Source: Lingula anatina (Eukaryota > Animalia > Brachiopoda). Taken from it: a stretch of DNA of 64,000 nt. Numbering within the stretch: position 1 is the stretch's first letter; the number at the start of each line of letters is the position of its first letter. Location: contig CM120640.1 in NCBI GenBank assembly GCA_051362555.1, forward strand, positions 12,586,001 through 12,650,000, written 5' to 3'. The translations under genes were made by a program, and so were the position numbers. Under the pieces are notes generated by a model that had not been told where the DNA came from, did not search any database, and worked only from the letters and a program-made list of their open reading frames with translations. Positions 29,001 through 41,800 of this stretch are shown here, in pieces.

Positions 29001-30113
29001 AAGGTATATACATAACTATGGCTTATACTTAGAAAATGACTAAAAGTTATTTTATAACGGAGCGCTATAGACCTACTAAAATAAATTTGTGTCCTTTGTG
29101 TAAACAACATTAATAAAACTGATAACTTGATACAGACTTTTACTAATATTGCCCTAAACGTGACAACTTCTACGGGTAGGACGGTTACATAACTCTTGAA
29201 CCTGGGACTGGTTTAAACCAGTTTACCGTTAGTGTAGTAAACGTGTTGGATTGGTGAGACCAAATACTAAAACGGTTTCTAATGTGAACTACATATAGTC
29301 TATCTATATTTCTTGCGACATAATTAGTGTTCATTTTCTTTTCAATTTTTATTTTAATCTGGTGTAGATTTGTTATCTAAAATTATTGGTTTTTACTCCT
29401 TCTTTTGTGATTTACATTGAATTTTAAAATGAGGATAACACCGTTTTTTTTTTAATCACCCTCGGTTCAGATCTTTGTGTGGTCTTTGTAGAACTTTAGA
29501 GTAGATAAAGGTAACCATATTGGATGTTCCAAACTTAACGTTTGAATCACTCAAAGTGTCAAGAAACGCGGAATAACAAGATAATGAATCGGATGAATGG
29601 ATAACTGATCTAAGGACAACGTGTATACTCGATCTGTAAAGCAACCGTTATGTTTTGTTTTTTGATGCAATATAACTTATAATAATTATATCATTGTGCT
29701 ACATTTGAATATTATATACGGTGAAGAATGATATGCCATGAATGATGATCAAAGTAATCTGTTGTTGAACGAACCCCTTTAGTTCTAAAAACACCTATTT
29801 AGAACAATAACGTTGTGAAATCTTACATGTAATCTTAGAGAAGGGAAGCATTCTACAGCAGTGTGTACTCAATGTGTGCTCCTGACTGGAAATTATACCT
29901 TGATACGAGAAGGATCGGTTCACCTTACCTGCAAAAAATCCATATAACAAAGGAATTTCCTCCTATTGTGGCTAAAGCTACGAGCAGCACGATTACTCCT
30001 AAGACGACTTTCACGCTGTTTGGTGCGTCTGGGAAATTGAGCCAAAAGCTATGTTCGTATGGTAACAGCGCTGTGCTTTGGTTTGAAGTGTTCACCATGT
30101 AATGTGATTCCAT
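26061..30113 (-). CDS. Opsin, rhabdomeric (r-opsin)-like but atypical, about 369 aa
   Basis: Exons 29929-30113, 27296-27426, 26061-26854 join in frame. 7TM features: HSFWLNFP N-terminus, GNSFVI, LRTPGNFLLVN, WPYGKIGC, YILEGLGTACCFDF (E181 and disulfide Cys), AWTPY, retinal-binding Lys in VAKASALYNPIVY. Start codon could be 30113 or 30098. Confidence 0.92.
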
Positions 30114-33100
30114 TTCTACCTGTGCCAAAAAAAATTACATATCTACATACATATAAAGCTTCCCCCTTTTCAACTGCTGAACGAATCATAAAATCTCCAC
30201 GTTTACGTCTTAACTGCGTAGGCAGAAGAGGTGAGGATGCCAGCATCACGGTTATGTTCCGTTGCCGCCGTCTTTGACTATTTTAGATGAAATAAGCAAA
30301 ACATCAAGCACGGCAATAGTGCTAAGTTGACCTGTGCATAGACTAAATGGTAGCTGTAAGACAATTCATGACAATAGACGCATTTAAAACAGATCATTTT
30401 CCCCACTTTTTGTCAATGATTAATTTGATGGTACTTCTTGTGAATTTCGCAAAATAAAATGTTCGTTTAATCCACTGCATTGTTTTTAACTTTTTTTAAA
30501 TAACCCTTTAACTACACCCAGTATTTTCATTTGTGGTAATTTGATACCAGTATTTCTGCTCTTCCAACCATTAGTACCAACTTTATAAGGGCACTGCAAA
30601 CGTATATCGTGGAACAGTAATTTTATATCTTCATTTAAGGTCAGCGAAGAACAATGTGAAATGTTTGAAATATATTATTTTTGATGTGTTTTCATTTACT
30701 TCACGAGCACAGCAATTACGACCAAAAGAAACATTAGATGCAATCAAGTGTGAGAATAAATTATAATTATTTCTTCTCAAGCACCGTCAGGTAATGCAGG
30801 CTAGTAGACTTAAGTATAATTTACAAACATGGACTTCTCTTACTTTGTCATTTAATCATGTCACACAAGGAACTTGCATTTTTGTCCATTTTAACTGGCA
30901 TTGTCTACCTTCTTTAGGACAACAACTGACAAAATATGTAATTGATATGCTTACCTTATCTTTTCGTTGTCCCTTTACCTTTATGGAATAGAAGTACTGC
31001 TCTAATCATTCCCACGTGTCCAAATGCAGACAGTATGCACTATGAACTGAGAAACGCCATGTAGGCTTTCCGTGCTGACGGACACATTGCATTTGACTAT
31101 TGCAAACGCTTCTCCTTTGAGTTTGATTCTAAGTTTGACAGTATAATTTCATAGCAAATTTTCCACAAATCGATACGAAAATGACCTATTTGTGGACGTG
31201 TATATTCCATCCTTATATTAAGATGATGTTTTGGTAGTTTCGATTTTCATAATGTGTTTAACGCAGGATTCTCAAAAGTATGGCACATAAGCAGCGGCGT
31301 GTCGCATATGAGCAAATTTGTCAGGCATGCGCAGGAAAAAAACAGGGTTAAGACTCAAGGAGGCGCCTCGTGTTTTCAAATTAACAAAGAAACATAAAGT
31401 AACCAAAAATGGAATAATCGATATCGTCGATATGGGGCGTGATGTCCATATTATGCAGATGCTTTGATTTAAATGTTGCTATGGATACATGAAAGCATAC
31501 GGAAGTCGCTATACACTGCTAACAGCAAAATTTCTACTTTATTTCATGACAAAAAGCAATTGCATTAGATGCAATCAAGTGTGAGAATAAATGTTGTACA
31601 CACTTATGTGTTGTCCATAAAGCTGTTTTCCCACAATTAACGATCTGGGGAAGTAAGTATTTGAGATTTCGCTGTTAATATAAAGCTGCAGAGTGATCCT
31701 GGTCAAATAGGAATTTGAGAAATTACAAATCTTGCTTGCAGTATCTACCATGGATACACTTTGATTCAATGCGGGATCAATGTAGAACCCACGGTTTCAG
31801 GCTTAGGTATTCTACGTGCATAGGTCAAACATGGAGCCAATCTTGGTTACAGGGAAAGCCCCAAAGGTCCCCATGGGAGCAATTTGGTATTATAGAGTCC
31901 ATGGTTGGGAAGCAGGATGAGAATGATGTGAGTTGCATCAAATTTGCTGTCGGTTTCCTGCGATTATTAGAGAAGATATGGCATTGGGAAAGAACAAAAG
32001 TTATCCTCACGTAGTCGTATTAAAGTTTAACAGCCTTCTAAACTATGCTCAAACGTAGAGTTTTGGTATCCATCTTCTCCATGGAAAACTGGATCTTTTA
32101 AACTTGTAAACTGTTTCGACGAACCGATTTTTAATTAGATTCCTTTTTGTTAAAGTGTTGTTTCTTTACACAGCATCTAAAATCAGTGATTGTATTTCAA
32201 TATTTCTTTATCATTAAAGTTTTATGTAATGAGGTTATAGATGCTAATATACCCTTCTACTGTACATGCACCCGTTTCTCCAGAGGTAGCCTATGTCCTC
32301 TGAGAAAGTGCACGAGGGTCTAGATAAAGATAAACCTGTTCCGAAACAACCCAGGCTGAAGACACAAGGCGGTAACAATCAGATAAAACTCCACTAATAT
32401 AATATTAAGTCTCTTGATAATTGTTGGTCATGAAAAATATATCCTAAATTTACCATCGATAGCTATCATGCGGTTTCCAGATAAACCCTGTAAACGGTTA
32501 GTTCATGAGCCGTTCTTTCTAATATTTCTAACTTTTCCTTCCTGGTTATTGTACGATCGAACTCACCTATGCGGTTTTCTGACGGAAGCACACAGAATCA
32601 TTCTGTAATGTGATTCCATTTCATATCTTCACAAATTCTTCAACCAAACCACTATTTACAGGGTCCATGTATACTTAACCATGTAAACATGTGCTTACTT
32701 ATTTTTCGTGAATTCAATTTGTGCTGTACTTTTACTTATCTATCTACCAGAATGCTACTTCATATTTTCATTCTCTCGATTTGCTTATTGCTAATTCGTG
32801 ACGTACTGTATAAATTAACACAAATTACACCCATAAGTACTGTCAAATGGCGTAATTAATCTCGATGTTAAAATATTTTACATATTCTTTTTCATAAATA
32901 TTGTGAACTCCTAATCTTTATCTGCTCGTCCGCTTTTCATCTCTAGCACACACTAGTCAGGGAAGGAAGGAGTAAATACGGTCCCTACATGTAGGCCTAT
33001 ATCTTGACAAAAGGGTATTTAATTATTCGAATCACCTAAATTGCTATTTCGAGAAGTGAAATAATAAAGAGGAAGTTATCAAATATAGGAACCATTGACT

Positions 33101-33718
33101 GGGCATGTATTTATTTGTACAATTAAAAAAAAAGACTTCAGAATCTTTTTGAAAACCTGTCGGGGATATTGCTAAATTTGTGAACAGTTTGTTTTGTGTT
33201 CAATTGTTCAGTTTAGAAGCGATTACTAGTTCTTTATTTGTGTTGCAGATACACCAACTACAAGAATGTTTAGGGACGTGTGAGAATGTTCAAGAACTCT
33301 CGCGTCCGCAGAGGTACGCTTAGAAAAACACGCCATATTCTATCTATGTGTCGACCATTCCAAATACTTTCGACACATGCCTATAAGGATGCTGATTTCT
33401 TTTACCTAACCAATCAGTGCAATGGTAATATAAATTTACAACACCTGGCTGTAGTTGAATAATGGAATAACCATGTACACCATAGTTATTGCATGTGCAT
33501 CTTTTGTGAGCCCGTTTCTCTTATTCGAAAATTAGAAATGACACAAATCGATATGTTCGAAGAATGGTGCTTGCAATAAACAAAACATGAGCATGATCAC
33601 GAAGAGGCGATGAGTATGGTTTTCAAGAATACTAAGAAATCCCTGAGAACAAAGCTCACGCTACATAAAACCAGTTCAGTTTGTGTAAAATGTCATTGCC
33701 ATTGTTATCCTTTTAAGG

Positions 33719-33824
33719 TACAGGTATTTTGTACAAATTTGACGTTTAGGAAATGTCGTACTGATATATATATATATATCAGTACGACATTTCCTAAACG
33801 TCAAATTTGTACAAAATACCTGTA
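33719..33824. repeat. Perfect 106-bp palindrome centred on (AT)8, with TA|CAGGT termini (possible Tc1/mariner-type foldback MITE)
   Basis: tacaggtattttgtacaaatttgacgtttaggaaatgtcgtactg-(AT)8-cagtacgacatttcctaaacgtcaaatttgtacaaaatacctgta. Confidence 0.85.
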
Positions 33825-35892
33825 TATTATATATATATATATATATGCCCCTACCAAGTGATGATGGGAATCGCTCAATTTGTTTTATAATTTGATTCGT
33901 GATGAACAGGACAATGGAAGAAAATAATAATGCACGACTCTTGTTCATTCCATGTATTTCAATTGTATTGAGAATTAGAAGCATCAGCATGTTTGCAATA
34001 TATATGACTATCGAAACCATGGTTATATTTGCTGGTACATATTTATTGTCACGTGATCAATATATCCTGTTCCCAAGTATCTCTGAAAAACTCAGTCCCT
34101 TATACTCTTCTATTGTTACGTGCAATTGCCTAACCTTCTACTCTTCAGTCGTTTTACCTTTACATAAAATAGCACGTGTTTACGTACTCTAATTTTACAC
34201 CAAAGCCACGACTCCCACTTGGGATTGATGATAAATCCTAGTTTTCCAAGAGCAAGCTAATTAAGTGTAAAGTTTTCAAATTAGGGTTATTCCGAGACAT
34301 TGTTTTTTTTTTTTCGCGATTTTTCGATTTTCTGTTTTAAACTGAAGATTGTTTTCAAACAATTACAAACTTTGTCACGCACTTTTTGCACTTAAGCCAA
34401 AACTAAGCGTATTTTTTATAATTACAGTTATTTGGAACTGTATTAGGAAATGTTAAGAATATACATGGTACCAGAGCGTTTTCTCATGGAATATAATCTT
34501 CGAAATTGAACGCAAATGTAAGACATAAGTTCCACTACTTTACTTCAATATTTCTGGAATAGCATGACTTTGAATTTTATCGACCTGTGGTTGGTTGACG
34601 TAAGGCTATGAGACGGGCGCAATGCATTTGAAAGTTCTGCTAATTATGTTATGTTGCTCATTATAACTCGGAGAATACGATATATTTCATCATTATCACA
34701 AACAAAGTTTAATATTCGTGTCTCCAAATGTCAGCTACACATTGCTTTGCTAAACGATGTAACCACCCATCCAGCCGCACTTGCAAAAACAACACAGCGA
34801 GGGCCATATTCGGAAATAAACGTGCAGTGACTAATATGCGTGCATGAGAGGTTTTGATAAAAGACAGCCGCTTTTTTAAGAGGATGAGTATTTATCATCA
34901 GATTAGGCTGTAAAAATCGCCTTTCAAGAAACCAAACGGACTCATTAGGATACCACGATACCAAGATATATCGATGATTATTGTGGTTTCTTCGTGTATC
35001 GCTTATTATTATTATTGCGCGGCCGTTTCTGAGGCTACTGTGCTAGGCTGCTTTATTTAACATTAGAAACACCTGCATTATTTCTTCACAAAGCAGTAGA
35101 AATCTTTAGCCATTCAAGACAATTTTTATCTTTTAGTCGTCATTTTTTAGTGCTCGTAGTTTTTACATTAAAGATATTTTTAAAAAAAGGACTTTAGGTT
35201 CAAGCTTACTTTTTACCTATAAACCTCAAGTTCCTTACCGACAGCAAACTCCTAATTGCCAAAGCCATTAAGCAACACGAAATAATATTCCTTCTTATAA
35301 ATCAAACGAAAATATGAAAACCCATTTCGCCTAAAGGCGAGAGGAGTAGCGGTCTCAAAGTCGACTATTCTTTGGTCAGTGCAAAATTAATCTCTGAAGA
35401 TAATGTTACCTCTCTTTCCGAATCTTGGTGAGAATTTCCACGTTATTTCTGCACAGCTGATAAAGAACTCCCGGCATCAATTTCCTATTTTCTATTAGAT
35501 CACCGGTGCAATTAACTTTCAGTGCGTGTCCCAATTTTCGTCTTTATCGTCTAATAAGGCGAAACATGCCGATATTAGTCTGTTCACATCTGGAAATTGT
35601 ACATTTTATTAACCACCGGCCATGTGCATCCATTTTACAACAATCGGTGAAAGTCCAAAAATTTATTCCATGCTTTTTAATGAGAAAAATCAAAGCGTAG
35701 GCTTTGAACCTACATGTACTTCGAAACTGGATAGGTTTTAATTTTCATTTTATGGACTTTTATTCGAGCAATTCTCAACTTAGGTGTCAAAAGACAAATA
35801 AATATTCATTTCAATATTGGATATTGTATTTAACAACGTAACAGGACATGATATATATATATTTATTAATTATATAATATGTGTTTGTACAG

Positions 35893-38800
35893 TCATAGTC
35901 TGCAATCAGCTTGACGAGAGCCAGACTCCGAGTCCGTCGTTGGTTGATCATATCGAATACTGCTTTCCTCGCGCTCTGGGTGACTAAATCTTGGGAACAC
36001 TTCTCCTGACGTGCTTGGGTGATCTCCTTCCTCCAGCCTCTCGGACTTGTTACCTCGGGCGTTTGCCCTACATTGTGTTATAACGATAACGAGGACGGCC
36101 ATTAGTGCCACGCCCACCCCTCCGCTAATGATGGTAAGCCACAGGCCAAGGTCTGTCGAATCTATTCCCATCTGCCCAGAAGCTGAAATATTAATGTGAT
36201 GGTCACCAAACCTCCTACGATATCATGGGTGTACACATCTTATAATGTTAAACCACTGAGCAACTAAATGTTCATTTTAACATCTCTTATTTATCTTCAA
36301 AGAGGTGACCTATGCAGAAAAACTGTCTAATATACAGACAAAGCAGAAAAATAACCCGTTTTTAGTGCCATAAATCACTCTGGTAAACTTGAGGTAAATA
36401 ATGCATCGTGTGTTTTCTACTGATAGCATAAACGATGATCCTGCACAAAAAAGATGTTTTTGTCGATTCTGATGTAATATTTAATAATGCTTCACTGCAT
36501 AATTACAACTAAATTTCAAGTATACACTACTGTTAATACGGATATTTAGAAAATGCAACTGATGCTTAAAATACCAATTTGTTAAAAATAAAAACATTGC
36601 GTAAGCAGTGAAGAGCGCATGAAAACGACCCCGACAGCCAGGTGATGGCTATATGCATGGACGCCGTCTGTACATAAACCTCCATGAACATGGGGCATAA
36701 GCAAGAAAACACGAACCGCGCGTTCAGTTACACGACAAACTTACCCTGCCTACTTGGTAGAGCTCTTACACCACTCGTACGATCTGAACAATAAAAACTT
36801 CCATACTTGTTCTCGCATGTGCCGTTGCCACATACGCCAGGAATTTCGTTGCATTCATTGATATCTGAAATGCAATATAGTTCAATAATAAACATGCGCT
36901 GAGTCAGTTTGAAAAGAATTATAAGGCATAACCTGAACTTTAATTAAATTACAGCAACGGAAACTATTGTTGACTTGTCCAAACATTTTTCGTAAGAAAA
37001 ATTAAACTCTGCATATTGCAATGACAAGTTTGCCGAGATGGTAAATTACCAAATAAAATCTATATGAGTGGACTCTAAATGCGCCCTGATAACAGTGGAA
37101 GACCAATCTCGCCTAAAAATTACGTTTAAGATCAGATCAATTGATTGTTAAATGCTTATCAAAGAAAATTACTCAGATTGTTCCCTTTAATAATGTTTCC
37201 CTGGGGAGATCTTTATGCTTCGTCTATTATAATTCATTAAAAATAAGAGATTTAATCATACGGTCACGATGAAAATATTTATCAATTGACGTAAGCTGTC
37301 ATTGTCACTTATATCGCCTGTTAAGTCGTTTAGTGTCACCGTATTCAAAATCTCTCAGGACCCATCACAAAAACAATTAAGTAAAGATGTAATACATGTA
37401 CCACGTTGATCTCGATATCAAGGTTGCACAATGACAGCCAACAAGGGCAATGAAATAACATGGCGGAGGAAATAGTCTTTTCGAAAGGTTAATACGGGTA
37501 ATAACTTTGTAGATGCATTACTGTATGCGGATGAAGTTGTTTTGAAAGAAAATTGAAAAGCGATGTTTGATAGATTAAGTCAATGGTCTCTAGATGGAGT
37601 TTGCTTGCAAACCAGAGAAAAAAATATGCATCGCCGATATAAAATTTAACTGTGGATGGTCGGTTCTTACTTATGAAACGTTTTTAATACCTTGGCGTAC
37701 CTTTGTCAGAGACAATTTAAACATGTTGAGAATTACGGGTGTGAGGCCAAATGTCGCAGATACACTGTATGACATTTGATTCTATAATTGCAAAGGTACA
37801 TGTATTCCACATAAACCAAGCTTTATTTTTGTGCCAGTAAAAATACAAGGATATGGGTTGGGGTTATACTGACCACAGGCAGTTAGATAACATTCAGTAC
37901 AGAACTGCCATAACATTCTTTGGGTTGCACCGGTTTACACCTCTTGGTGATAGAAGGTAATATGGGGGATGTGTACAAAATATAAAAGAAGGGTGCACCT
38001 TTGGTTAAATCTTGGAAGACGTGGAATAGGTTGATAAGCATGAATAATGAAATGATTACGCAAAATCGTTCTTAGAGACTGATCATGCAAGAGAAAGGGA
38101 CAGTAATTGGTCTGACCAAGTTTTTTTCATTCTTTGTCGATTGATAAATTGAGCCACTTGCTTTTTGACTTAGATACCTGTGGCATTGCCCCAGGAGAGC
38201 TTGTGTGAAGAAGAAACTAAACTAAACTATGGGTTTAGAATATTTCAAGCAAATACCGAACTAAAAATTATCTAAGATTTAATCCAAAGCCAACTGAAAG
38301 GTCAATCACTGCACAGCTAAAAAAAGTACCGTATTGCAACAGCGTGATTTGTAAAGAAGATCGAAGAAGGACTTTGTACGCCTGTAGTAGCTAAGGAGTA
38401 GAAGACAAGTATTACTTAAAAATTTGCTCCATCCATGATAATCTCATTGAAAAATTGAAAATTGGGTAAAATTATTTTTTCTGAAGTGAGGGGAGACGTC
38501 GTCTGCTCTTTACAGAGCTCCATAGAAGTACAGCGAGGTTTCTAAGGCCAAAGAGTTGTATAATAGGTGACTTCGTAAGCCCATAGGGCTGGATCACTGT
38601 TTGCTACTGTTACGATCATAAATATATAAAACTAAAAATAATACGTGTAAGGCGACCAAAAACGTATTTGTTCAACCATATTATATATGAATCAAGTATA
38701 TAGCGATGTGTTTCTCAAAGTGTTTCATTTACTGCTCTATTTTAAACTGTCAAGGTCAAAACAGGTGTCACATAAAAACTATTCTACAAAAACAATCGTA

Positions 38801-41800
38801 ATATTTTAAACCCATAAATTACTATCTTGACGAAAATTGACGCAAACGCTATTATTGAAAGGTCAGTCTTACCGTCACACGACCTGCCATCGACATTCAA
38901 CCTGAAACCATTTGTATCACACTCGCAGCTAAAACTTCCAACAACGTTCTTACATTTATGCTGGCAAGGATAACTTAGCTGGCATTCATTGACATCTGAA
39001 ACAGAAGATATTCCATCCAGTACAATTTCAATTCAAATTTAGATCATTGTATGGTGAACATGGTAACGTCGATATTATTGTCAATACCCCAACGTTAGCT
39101 TTGAACACCCTTAATTTATTGTTATAGATTTGGCTATGACAATGTTATCATCAATACTCTTTGTAAATACAGTTCGCATTTGGTTTTGACCGCCTTAGCT
39201 AGCAATACGTAAATGTCCCTGGCGTATTGTTACTAATATTGCCGAATTTCGAATCGCAGAAACTATTTAAGTATAGGCCTACTATTCACAGCTTAGAGCA
39301 TAGCAAGGTACCACGTTCACTTTTGATAACTCAAGGATAATGGTAATATCTACTCCACCTGTGCTACAATATACGGTGAGTGAGTTCATTATCTTTATTT
39401 TGAAATAGTAAACAATGTTCTAACCATCACCGCGATTATACTAAGAGACTTGTACTATATAAATCACACGAAATCATGAATAAATCAGTGAATATTTTAT
39501 ACTGATAGCTTTTGGGGTGTGGCACCTCAAACCTATTCAAAGGTCACTTCTTTGTACGCACCTGTAATTACTTTGTACGTAGGCAAGGACTCGCTTACCT
39601 GTGCACGTAAAATTATCTTGTGCTAGTTCGTAGCCCGGATCACACTCGCATTTATATGACCCCGGATACACGTTGACACAACGGACCTGACACAATCCTC
39701 TTTCCACGCCGCAGCGGTCCTCTGAGGATACAAAAACAAAGTACAGTTTATTTTCAAATTTTTCACACAAACATTCAAGTGCCTGTAAAGTTCACTACTT
39801 TTGTACCTTCAAATAAATGTTATACACGTTTTGATTTTAAGCGACGCTTAGCTATTCATACTCTTCAATGTGCACCGCCCTTTGATGCTACGTCAAATAT
39901 AACCACCATATTTCTGCTCATAAAAAATCCTTTTTCATCGTACTACCAGTACATAATTGATCATAAATGAAAATTCTACAAACCTGCCAGACATAAGTGT
40001 CTGTCCGCTGCCAGCATGTATCCATCCTTGCACTGACAAAAATAGCTCCCCACCGTATCATTGCACATGTGGGCACAGCCTCCATTGTTTATCTCACATT
40101 CATTGGTATCTTTAAAAAAATCGCCACCGATGAGTCTTAAACTTTCCAACCTCAAATATTTCAAGAACAGAGAACTTGAACACACCATTTACAAAAGAAT
40201 GTTGAACAGGTTAAATTATAATATAATTGAAAATGTGTAAGGCCAAGTAGGACATTAAATTACTGGGTATGTCATTTCGTTACGTGACAGAATGTGCAAT
40301 TACATTTAGAGTCAACACACATGATATATATAAAGATGGTATCTCTTTTAATATCCGTCGTGACAAACAAATCGATAATCTGGACTTACTTTCACAGTTG
40401 CTTTTATTAAGTGGGATGATTCTCCCGTCCACATGGCACGCACAGTACTTCTCGTGGTATTCCGGGTGCCAGCAATGCACATCGGAAACTGTGAACACAT
40501 GAAATATTTAACATTATTTCAAACAAATAGTATCTACTGCTATAAAACGGACAAAAGTACTTTACTGGCTACCATGAACGACATTTAATTAATGAGTGTC
40601 ATCTAAAAGAAAGTATGAATTAAGTAGAGGAAACAGACTCTTAGGCCTACTCATTATTATTATTTTCATTTCTGTTCTCCATTTTTCTGAAATATCTAAG
40701 GAGCGAACGTAGGGATTTGTGTTAATAAGTGTAAATTTTGAACCGGTTATTCGTGCTTGTTTCTAACAAAGTCCCAATTAACCAAAAGAAAAATGCAAGC
40801 TTGGGAAGGATATGAGCAATTTACCTTTACAATATGTGCCATTAAATGGTAACACGCGGTTTCCGACAGGGCAAGTGCAATACTCCCCGACTTCGTCCTG
40901 GAAACACTGCACGGGAAGGGGAATCCTGTTGATAATCTCTAGCCTTGTGCCAATGGGATAGGCGTAACTTTCCCTATCCCCAGCTCCGTAGAGAATGCCC
41001 ATAAAGGTCACTTCAGGGTTAACATTGGTCAGACTGTGATAGGGAACATTATCGTTCAACTGGATATAGCCACCAGAGAGCGGAGGGTTGGTGTTCGGGA
41101 TATCGGTCCAACGTACGGAGGAGAGGATCTTCTTGTCTAACAGAAGTTTGTAACGGTATGCATAAGGGATGACGATCATGAAGAAGTTTCGGTATTGCCC
41201 TATGGCGGCAGAGGTTGTGGCGAAGTGATAGTTGTTGCTGTATTGCTCAATGGGTGGGATGAGAATCATGGCAGGATCCGCCTCTTCTGAAGCAGTGGAA
41301 CTTACTTGGCTCTGAACAATTTGAACGACCAAAATGGGCTCACTGGCAGTGATGTAACTGTAGTCCGTGGAGTTGAAGATCATTTCGACAAAGCCCCCTT
41401 TTTTCGCTATGACTTCCTCTCGGTTGCCAGAATTTTTATAAATATTAACACGAGTATTTGACTTGCTGGATACGATGCGAAACACGTCACCGATTGTACG
41501 CTCTGGTATTGGCACTGTCGCAAACCGCTTGCCCCAGGATTGAATGGGTGGGATTTGCTCAACCAGATGGTCGCGTGAACCGCCTGTGCCTACGCTAGTT
41601 CTCACGTTGCCACTGAAGACAGAAACGGGGTCGCTTGAATGAATAAATGTCCCTGTAAGATCTCCTTTATTGTTGCTTTGTAATTGTATGGTCTGGAATC
41701 TATTGATGGTTGTCTGAAGGGTATTTCCATTGGAGTACTCTATGCCTTCGTAAAACACAGAGATGGGAGGTTCGGCGTCGTCAGGGAATATTATGGTGAG

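Noticed and set aside
30300-31000. Photoreceptor promoter motifs (Otx TAATCC near 30468; Pax6/RCSI-like)
   Set aside because: Only an isolated hexamer, expected by chance in AT-rich DNA, and the transcription start is unknown.
33610-34192. Overlapping ORFs on both strands sharing the peptide QVFCTNLTFRKCRTDIYIYIS
   Set aside because: A consequence of the perfect palindrome, not of coding.
35893-35910. C-terminal CRL matching the peroxisomal PTS1 consensus
   Set aside because: The protein has a signal peptide and TM helix, so PTS1 import is implausible; probably chance or a PDZ-type ending.
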